From the human T2T-CHM13v2.0 reference genome, Homo sapiens: 64,000 nt of DNA. Below are positions 54,205-64,000 of the stretch, piece by piece. The stretch is taken from NCBI RefSeq assembly GCF_009914755.1, contig NC_060925.1, one strand, 5' to 3'. Each line of letters starts with the position of its first letter. Position 1 is the stretch's first letter. The position numbers were made by a program, and so were the translations under genes. Below the pieces are notes generated by a model. It ran no database searches. It was not told where the DNA came from and saw only the letters and a program-made list of their open reading frames with translations.

Positions 54205-55017
54205 CTATCCCTCTTTCAAAACATATTTTATCATCAGAAAAATTATCTTCACCCCTGAAATCATGAATGGTAATCTCCAGCTCTCATACAACAGTTTCTT
54301 GTCCCATCACCTTTTTTGTTCTATTACTATTACTATAACAATTTGACATTTTCATTACCTACATACCATTATTCCACTACTCTCTCACTATCCATCAGCC
54401 CTCTTTCAGATTTATTTCCTTTCTTGTTCTGCTCAGAAGCCATTGCCCATAATAAAAACAACATTAAGAAAGTAGTAAGAAGAAACATATACTGAGCATT
54501 TACATGGGCTAAGCGCTAGTCCAAGCATTTTATACATATTCATACATCTAATACTTATAACAACCACAAAATTTAGAAACTCTTATTATCTTCATGGTCC
54601 TGATGAGGGGACTGAGGTACACACATGTTATTGACATCTACTAAAAGGCAGATACCACACTTTCAGGACAGAAACATGACAGCAGATACCACACTTCCAG
54701 ATGCTATGCAATTTTGTACAAACACTTCCTTGCATAAATACTCAACTCCTTTGTTCCCAGTGGGGACATCAAAGAGTGGCTTGGAGGAAAGCTGAAGAAT
54801 TTTCATTTACTAACCTCCTAGCTACCCAAATAAGTAAATGAAAACATGCAGATGAGGCCTCAAAATATTTTCCATGGCCCCAACCCACTTGTAATATCCA
54901 TATCCCCATTCCATTCTTCCAATCTATAATGCCACTTCTAAGTCTCTTTTATGTAAACATTTTGGAGTTGCCACTACTTGCCCCTCTCCCCTGTCATATC
55001 TCTTTTAAAAACAAATA

Positions 55018-55312
55018 GGCCAGGCATGGTGGCTCACGCCTGCAATCTCAACACTTTGGGAAGCCAAGGCTGGCAGATCACCTGAGGTCAGGAGTTTGAG
55101 ACCAGCCTGACCAACATTGAGAAACCTCGTCTCTACTAAAAATACAAAACTAGCCGGGCATGGTGGCACATGCTTGTAATCCCAGCTACTCAGGAGGCTG
55201 AGGCAGGAGAATACCTTTAACCCAGGAGGCGGGGATTGCGGTGAGCCGAGATCGCGCCATTGCACTCCAGCCTGGGCAACAAGAGCGAAACTCCATCTCA
55301 AAAAAAAAAATA
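55018..55312 (+). mobile_element. AluSp/Sq element
   Basis: gaccaacattgagaaacc, ggattgcggtgagccgag, gggcaacaagagcgaaactcc. Confidence 0.93.
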
Positions 55313-55649
55313 ATAAGTCAATCTTGTGTTAACTCAAATATCTATGTGATTTTTACTATACATAAGAAACTTAACTCTGATAGAGAAAATTTATACAAGT
55401 AGGCTAAAACATTTTATGTTAAATTATGATCTTAAATATAGTTATACTCTCAACACTGCCTGGGGAATCTACTAGTGTTTTCTGGATCACTAAGAAAATG
55501 ATTTCTTACCCTTCTCCTCTCTCCTCTCTTCTCTATGAAAGAGAAGTCATACTTCTCTTTTCTCCTTGAGAATGAGAATACCCCTAATTCTCCTATGAGT
55601 TGAAGCCAATGACTTCAACTCATACTATATTCAGATATTTTAAATTGTC

Positions 55650-57400
55650 ATTCAGATCCTAATGGCTCATCTCACTGCATCTACAAAGCCACCTGCATCT
55701 ACACTTCTTTTTCTTTCTACCTTCCAGTTACAGTGGAATTTTTTTTCCTTTTCATAGGCTTGTCCTTCTACATGGGTCCTGATCCCTTCCTCTCCTATTT
55801 TCCCAAGGATTCTGTTCCTTTACTCACCCTCTCTTTTTCTGCATCATAAAATTTTCTCTCTTTAGTGGAATAGTTCAGCATATAGAAGTGCTCCATTTTC
55901 TGTCATCCTAAAATATAACTCTCCCTTGATATATCTCTTGTCTGCTCCTCTTCACAAAGTGCTCTCTGGAGTTTTATATATTCTTTCTCTACTACCTCAC
56001 CACCCATTAAGTCCTCAAATAACTCATATCTAGCTTCTGTCTCTTTCATGACACAGAAACTGTGGTTGCAAAGCTTACCAAAGGCTGAAACAGATGGTAA
56101 CTCTTCCTTCCTTGTCGTGTTTCCTTTCTTTATAAAATGTTCTCTTGGTGTTGGGTTAATCTCACTCCTAGAGCTTTCTTCCTACCTCTACAGTTGCTCC
56201 TATTCAGTGTCTTTTGAAAGCAGCTTCTCCTTTGTTTGACCTCTAAAATCATAATAGGTTATGAGCCCTAGATCCTGAGCATTGCAGCCTTCTCATTTCT
56301 TTCTACATGATCTAGCTGAGAGTATTCATTCACATAGTTTTAAATAACATCTGTGTGAACAATTCCTCATTTATGTTCTCAGCCAATAATGTTCCTCTGC
56401 TATTTCTTTTAAAACCAATGGTTTATCTGACATCTTCACTTGGAGATCTCATGGTTACCTAAAACTCAACATATTCCAATTTGAATTCTTCAGTCTCCTC
56501 CTCCTTCACCCAAGTCTGTTTCTCTCTCAATCTTTCTCATCTCGCTATATATCACAACCAACTATCCAGTTGCTCAAAATAGAAACTTGCTTTCATCCTT
56601 GATTTAACTTCCACTATCATCCCAGACTCCAATCTATCACTAAGCCCTGTAGTTTCTCTTTTCAAATATACCCGAAATCTGCCCACTTTTCTCCATCTTG
56701 ATGGACTTAGAGTAAGCTATTGAAATCTCCTACTTAGATTACTAAAATAATTTCTTTGTGACTCTTGTAGCTTTCCCTATTGTCTTCCTAAATACAACAT
56801 CTCATGCAGTAGATAAACTAAAAAAAATATAACTTGTATTTCCACTTTCCAAATAATTTACCAAGCTCTTTTCTACTTGCAAACCCTGCATGATGAGGTT
56901 CCTACCCAACTCTCCATCCTCATTTGAGGTAACTCTCTCCATTATTCAATATTCTTTACCATCTTTGTTTCTTTTTGCTTCTTTGAACACATAAAGTTCT
57001 TTCCTATATCAAGGACTATAATACCCTCTGCCTGAAATCGTTTTCCCTACTCTTCATGCATGGTTAGCTCCCTAGACTCCTTCAGATGTCTGTTTAAATA
57101 TCCCTTACATGTAAAACACAATCTTCCACCTTACCCACCTAAGTTCCCATGTTTCTTTCAAGGTCCCCACCAGGGTTGTTCCATGGCTTCTTTATGTCTT
57201 TCACAACTCTTTTTACAATATATACATGTATATTTCCTTTTATACTTTCTTGTTTACTATCAGTCTTCTCTCCAAACCAAAACCCTCACAAGATAAGACG
57301 CATACTTCTTTGGCTTATCAATGTATAATAGCTACCTTCAAAAGACCAAAACGTAGTAGATGTTCAGTAAATATAATGCTCATTGAATACATGTATGAAT
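55650..57400 (+). mobile_element. L2 LINE 3' portion
   Basis: Pyrimidine-rich L2 motifs (catcttcacttggag..aaactcaacatattcca, ccagttgctcaa) ending in tagatgttcagtaaata..tgaat. Confidence 0.75.
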
Positions 57401-58523
57401 TTGTTTTCAAGTTCAAGTTCCGTAAATTGTCAGAATCTCCATTTCCTCATATTTAGATGGGAAAAAATGTTACTTACAACATGATAATAATGGCTCAAGT
57501 GAGATAATGCCTGGTAAGGTCATTACACACTAAATATGATGTTCCTCCTTGTATTCACATAGTTTCTTGTAGGATATATTTTCCAGGTTATGGCACAAAG
57601 AGGAGGACCTAAAGTTTAAAATAATGATCTTAATGAACTTAAAAGACAGAAAGTAGATATCAAAGACCCTGAAAAAGCTAGAATTTGTGGACAGAACATT
57701 TGAGAAGAGGGAGCTACACTTTGTAAACACACACACGCAGATCCTGTGATCTCCTTAAAGATCACTTTGAGTCTGCCTGAATACTAAACTGGGTATGGAT
57801 AGAGTGAAACTCCATAAAATTAAGCAAAGAACAACTACAGCATAGCTATAAGTTGCAAAATTTCCAAAGCTTGCACGAGGTTGGAAGGTTTTTGCATTCC
57901 AATCAGATAAAGTAGACAGATTTCATTACATATATGAAATATTTAGAAAAGATCTCTGAAGAATTATGCCTCAGCTTTAGGTCTACTTTAGTCCTAAGTA
58001 AAGACTACCCTAGACCCACTCAGCAAAGGCAGAAAAAAGCTTCAAAAACATCAAGCTGCACTGCAAATAACTTCACTACCTAGCAAAGTAAAAGTCAATA
58101 GACTCTAATGGAAAATATCAAAATCTCAACACTAAACATTATAACATGACAATATCCAGAATTTTTTTAACTACCTAGATGTACAAACAAGTAGAAAATG
58201 TGACTCATAATCAGAAGAAACCTTAGTCAATGGGAACAGAAACCAAAACGACAGACATGAACTTTAAAACAGCTATCAAAGATATGCTCAAAAATTTGTG
58301 GGAAAACATGAACATAATAAAAAAGCTAAAAGCTATTTTTTTAAATGTAATTGTAAAACTGAAAAAGAAAGGTTTTTTGGTCCAAAATACAAAAAAAAAA
58401 GTATAAGTCTAATACCAAATTAGAAACTCTAGAAATAAATATCAGTGAAACTTAAAGCACAGCAATATAAAGTATCTAAGCTGAAGCACAGAAAGAATAA
58501 ACTATACAAAGATGACTGGAGTC

Positions 58524-60424
58524 CATCATCCAAAAGCTCCTAGATCTGATACACAAATCCATTATAGTCTCAAAATACAAAATCAGCATACACAAATTAG
58601 TAGCACTGCTGTACACCAACAACGACCAAGCTGAGAATCAAATCAAGAACTCATTTCCTTTTACAACAGCTGCAAAAAAATAAAATACTAAGGAATATAC
58701 TTAACCAAGGAAGTGAAAGACCCCCACAAGAAAAACTACAAAACACTGCTGAAAGAAGTCACAGATGACACAAACAAATGGAACCACATCCTATATTCAT
58801 ATATGGGAAGAATCAATATTGTGTAAATGACCATATTTCTCAAAGCAATCTACAGATTCAATTCAATTTCCATGAAAATACCATCACCATTCTTCACGGA
58901 ACTAGAAAAAACAATGCTAAAATTCATATCGAATCAAAAAAGAGCCCATATAGCCTAAGCAATACTAAGCCAAAAGAACAAGCCCAGAGGCATCACATTA
59001 CCTGACTTCAAATTATACTACAAGGCTATAGTTACCAAAACAACATGGTACTGGTATAAAAATAGGCACATAGTCCAATGGAACAAAATAAAGAACCCAA
59101 AAATAAAGCCAAATGCTTACAGCCAACTGATATTCAAAAAAAAAAATACATTGGAGAAAGGACAACCTATTCAATAAATGGTGCTGGGAAAACTGGCAAG
59201 CCACATGTAGAAGAATGGAACTGGATCTCCATCTCTCACCTTAAACAAAAATCAACTCAAGATGTATCAAAGACTTAAATAAGACCTGAAACTATAAAAA
59301 TTCTAGAAAACATTGGAAAAACTCTTCTGGATATTGGCTTGGACAAAGAATTCATGACTAAGACCTCAAAAACAAATGCAGCAAAACCAAAAATAAATAG
59401 GGCCTAATTAAACTAAAATGCTTTTGTACAGCAAAAGAAATAACCAGTTGAGTAAACAGGCAATCCACAGAGTGGGAGAAAATATTTGCAAACTATGTGT
59501 CTGGCAAAAGACTAATATCCAGAAACTACAAGAAACTCAAATTAGTAAGAAAAAATAATAATAATCTTATCAAAAATGGGCAAAGTTCATTAATAGACAA
59601 ATCTCAAAAAAAGATGTATAAGCAACCAACAAACATATGAAAAAATGCTCAACATCACTAATCATCAAATTAAAACCACATTGATATACCACCTTACTCC
59701 TGCAAGAATGATCATAATTAAAAAGTCAAAAAAAAAATAGAAGTTGACATGGATGTGGTGAAAAGGGAACACTTTTACACTGCTTGTGGGAATATAAATT
59801 AGTACAACCACTATGGAAAACAGTATGGAGATTCCTTAAAGAACTCAAAGTAGAACTACCATTTGATCCAGCAATCCCACTCTTGGATATCTACCAAAAC
59901 AAAAAGAAGTCATTACACAAAAAAGACACATGCACATGCATGTTTGTAGCAGCGCAATTCACAATTGCAAAGATGTGGAACCAGTCTAAGTGCCCATCAA
60001 CTAAAGGATGGATAAAGAAAATGTGGTATATATACACCATCAAATACTACCCAGCCATAAAAAAAGAATGAAATAAAGTCTTTTGCAGCAATTTGCATGG
60101 AACTGGAGGCCATTATTCTAAGTGAAGTAACTCAGAATGGAAAACTAGATATTGTTTATTCTCATTTATAAGTGAGAGCTAAGCTATGAGGGCACAAAGG
60201 CATAAGAGTGATATGATGGACTTTGGGGACTTGAGGGGAAGGTTGGGAGGAGGGTGAGAGACAAGAGACTATGTGTTGGGTACAGTGCACCCTGCTCAGG
60301 TGATGGATGCACTAAAATCTCAGAATTTACCACTAAAGAACTCATCCATGTAACCAGAAAATCACCTGTACCTCAAAACCTGTTTCAATTTAAAACAAAC
60401 AAACAAACACAAAAACAAACAAAA
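58524..60424 (+). mobile_element. 5'-truncated L1PB
   Basis: ORF2 C-terminus (ORF 59784 [28 protein letters not shown]); L1PB 3'UTR caccactaaagaactcatccatgtaacc; TSD AAAGATGACTGGAGTC 58508-58523 / AAAGAAAACTGGAGTC 60425-60440. Confidence 0.92.
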
Positions 60425-60748
60425 AAAGAAAACTGGAGTCTATATAATTCTAGGACATAATTAAGCCATTTACAACACACGTAATTAGAATCTCAGAAGA
60501 AGAAGGTTCCCGGAAAAAGAAAATACTTAAAGAAATAATAACAAAAAAAAAAATCCAAATGTGAAGCAAACCATAAACCCATACATACATGAGACTTAGT
60601 AAAAATTAAACAAAATAAACACAAATAAAATCACATCAAGCAACAACAGAATCAAATTCTTGAAAACCAGTGATAAAGAGAAAAATTTTAAAACAGATCA
60701 AAAAAAGAGTACATTATGTGCAGGATGACAAAAGTAAGAATTACTACT

Positions 60749-61110
<362 letters not shown>

Positions 61111-64000
61111 TTAAAGTGCTAAAGCCACCACCCAATAAATAAATATATGCCAAAAAGCCTGTCAACCTGAAGTTTTATGCCCAGTGAGAATAACCTTCAA
61201 AAATGAAAGTAAAATAAAGACATTTTCAGGCAAACAAATCAGAAGGAATTCTTCACATCAGACCAGCAATACAAGAGTGATAAAGAAAGTGCTTCAGACT
61301 GAAAAAAAAAAAAAAAAAAAAAGATCCCAGATGTAAATTCTTATCTAAAAAATCAAAAGGAAGAGTAGCAGGAATAATAATTGCTTATTTAAGAAAAAGA
61401 CTCTATAGTTTAAAACATATGCAGAAGTAACAAGTATAAATTCATAACAAAAAGTGAGGGAAAATGAGGTGTTGTGGTAATTCTTTTTTACATTTATATA
61501 TTACCTGATGTAATATTTGAAGATTGAGTGTGATAAGTTAAAGAAGTAAAATTAATAAGGTAATAATCAAAATAAAATGAAATCATATGAATATGCAATT
61601 AAGTCAAACAAAGAAGAAAATGAGTAAAAGAGATATAAAAAAGACATGAAATTTAAAATGACATAAGGCCCAACAATATCAACAATTACATTAAGTTTAA
61701 ATGATTTAAACACAGCAATTACATCTAGGAATATATTATCTGATTGAAGCAAGATCCAACCATAAACATTCTATAAGAAATGAAGTTTGACTATAAGGAC
61801 AAATGTAAGTTAAAAGAAGAGTATGGAGAAAGTTATGTCATGTAAGAATTAACAATAGGGACCAATGGGTCAAAGAGGAAATCAGAAGAAAAATTAGAAA
61901 ATATTTTGAGATGAATGAAAATGAAAACAGGTTATATAAAAAACTTATGAGAAATAGCTTAAATTGTACTTACAAGAACATTTATAGCTATAAATGCATG
62001 TATTAAAAAAGAAGAGCAATCTCTAATCAGTATCCTAACCTTTCACCTTAAGACACTAAAAAAGTGGAGCAAAGTAAAAGAAGCAGAAAGAAGGTAATAC
62101 TAAGAATTAGAGTAGAAATTAGTGAAATAGAAGAACAATAGAGAAACCAAAACCTGATTCTTTGAAAAGCTCAACAAATTTTGATAAACCTTTAGGCAGA
62201 TTAATCAAGAAAAAAAGAAGGAAGACTCAAATTACAAGAAAGAAAAATAAGAGTGGGGCATTACTACTGATTCTATAGAAATAAAAAGTATTACAAAGAA
62301 ATACTGTGAATAACAGTATGCCAACAAATTACATATTTTGGATGAAATGGACAAATTCCTAGAAAGAAACAAGCTACCAAACTGATTTAAGAAGAAATAA
62401 ACAATCTGAATAAATCTATAAACAAGTAAAGAGACTGAATTTGTAACCATAAAACTACTTTCTTCCAAAACAAAGCCCAGGCCCAGATGACTTCAATGGG
62501 GAATTTACCAAACATTTAAAGAAGAATTAATACCAATTCATCACAAACTCTTCCAAGAAAAGATAAAGGAAAGAATACTTCCTAACTCATTCGAAGGGAA
62601 CAGTATTTTTCTAATACCAAAACCAGACAAAGACATCATAAGCAAAGAGAACCATAGACTAATATCTCTTATAAATATAAATGCAAAAATCCTCAACAAA
62701 ACACTAGCAAACCTAATCTAGCAACATATTTTTTAAAATATAAACTATGCTTGGTTGGAATTTATCTCAAAAATGTAGGCAGGCTTAACATCAAAACAAT
62801 TAATGTAATATATCATATCTATAGAATAAACGACAAAAACCACGATTATCTCAATAGAGAAAAAGTATTTGACAAAATTGAACACACTTCTATAAAAACA
62901 CTCAACAAATTAGAAATAGAGGGGAACTTCCTCAACCTTATAAAAAGGATTTAAGAAAAACTCAGAGCTCACATCATACTTAATGGAAAAAGACTAGATA
63001 CTTTCCTCCTAGAATCAGGAGCAAGACAAGGATGCTCATTCTCAACACCTCTATTCAAGACTGTATTAGAGGTTCTAGGCAGGTCAATTAGGCAATCAAT
63101 CAATCCATCAATGGCATTTGCATTGGAAAGAAAGAAGTAAAACTATATTTCTTTGAAGATGACATGGTCTTGGAGATAGAAAATCTTAATAAGTCTGCTA
63201 AAAACTATTAGAACTAATAAAGAAGTTCAAAAAAATTACAATATACAAAATAAATATATAAAAATAAATTGCATTTCTATACACTTGCAATGAGCAATTC
63301 CTAAATGAAATTAAGACAATACCACTTACAGAAGCATCAAAAGGAGTAAAATGCTTAGGAATATATTTAATAAAAGAAGCATGAAACTTATGCTCTGAAA
63401 ATTACAAAATACTAATGAAATAAATTAAAGAATGTCTAAATAAACAGGAAAGCATCTCATGTTCATAGAATAAATGACTTAATGTTGCTAAGATGGCAAC
63501 ACTACCCAAGAGATTGAATACAATTCCTGCTGGAATTCCAGCTCACTTCTTTATAGAAATTGACCAATTGTTTCTAAAATTCATATGGAATTGCAAGGGA
63601 CAAAAAGTAGCCAAAATAATCTCAAAAAGGAACAAAGTTGGAGACTCGCACTCCTTGGTATCAAAACTTACTACAAGGCAGTAGTAATCAATGTGGAACT
63701 GTCAAAGCTGGACATATAAATGAATAGAATTGAATTAAGAGTTCAGAAGTAAAACTGCATGTCCGTGTCTTATGTTCCCAAAGAGTGCCAAGACAAGTCA
63801 ATGGTAAAATATTAGTAATACTCTTTCCAACAAATAGTGTGGAGACGACTGAATAGCCACATGCAAAAGAATGAAATTTGATCCCTATTCACATGATATA
63901 AAAAGTTAACTCAAAATAGTTGAAAGACCTATATGTATGAGCTAAAACTATAAAACTCTTGGGAAAAAAAAAAAAAACATGTGCCATTGCATTCCAGCCT

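Noticed and set aside
63979-64000. Start of a truncated Alu right-arm fragment
   Set aside because: Only ~22 nt before the window edge; too short to characterise

Overview
Human-type, AT-rich, repeat-dense intergenic DNA. An AluYb-class insertion points to human. I found no intact protein-coding gene, tRNA/rRNA gene, CpG island or CRISPR array; the ORF-track entries are repeat-derived, pseudogene fragments or chance ORFs. The main structure is a ~17 kb nested retrotransposition complex (7.1-24.1 kb). An old L1MA-type LINE hosts a near full-length L1PA13-16-type LINE and, at its 3' end, a young HMGB3 processed pseudogene. The inner L1 hosts a 4.3 kb NMNAT1 processed pseudogene (itself containing Alus/FLAM/MER5) and a U5 snRNA retrocopy. 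Target-site duplications (TSDs) are readable for nearly all layers. From memory (unverified), the order NMNAT1-psi, U5-psi, HMGB3-psi matches NMNAT1P2, RNU5F-6P and HMGB3P6 in the gene desert near PBX1 at 1q23.3. The rest is Alu, L1, L2, MIR, MaLR/ERVL LTR and DNA-transposon fossils plus a few repeat-poor stretches. The most notable details are: a frameshift that turns the HMGB3 acidic tail into an Arg/Lys-rich tail within an open frame; several short locally templated insertions; a perfect 63-bp tandem duplication containing a hairpin; a twin-primed L1; and a three-way-junction hairpin element near position 200-310. Repeat subfamily calls and boundaries were made by eye and are approximate.
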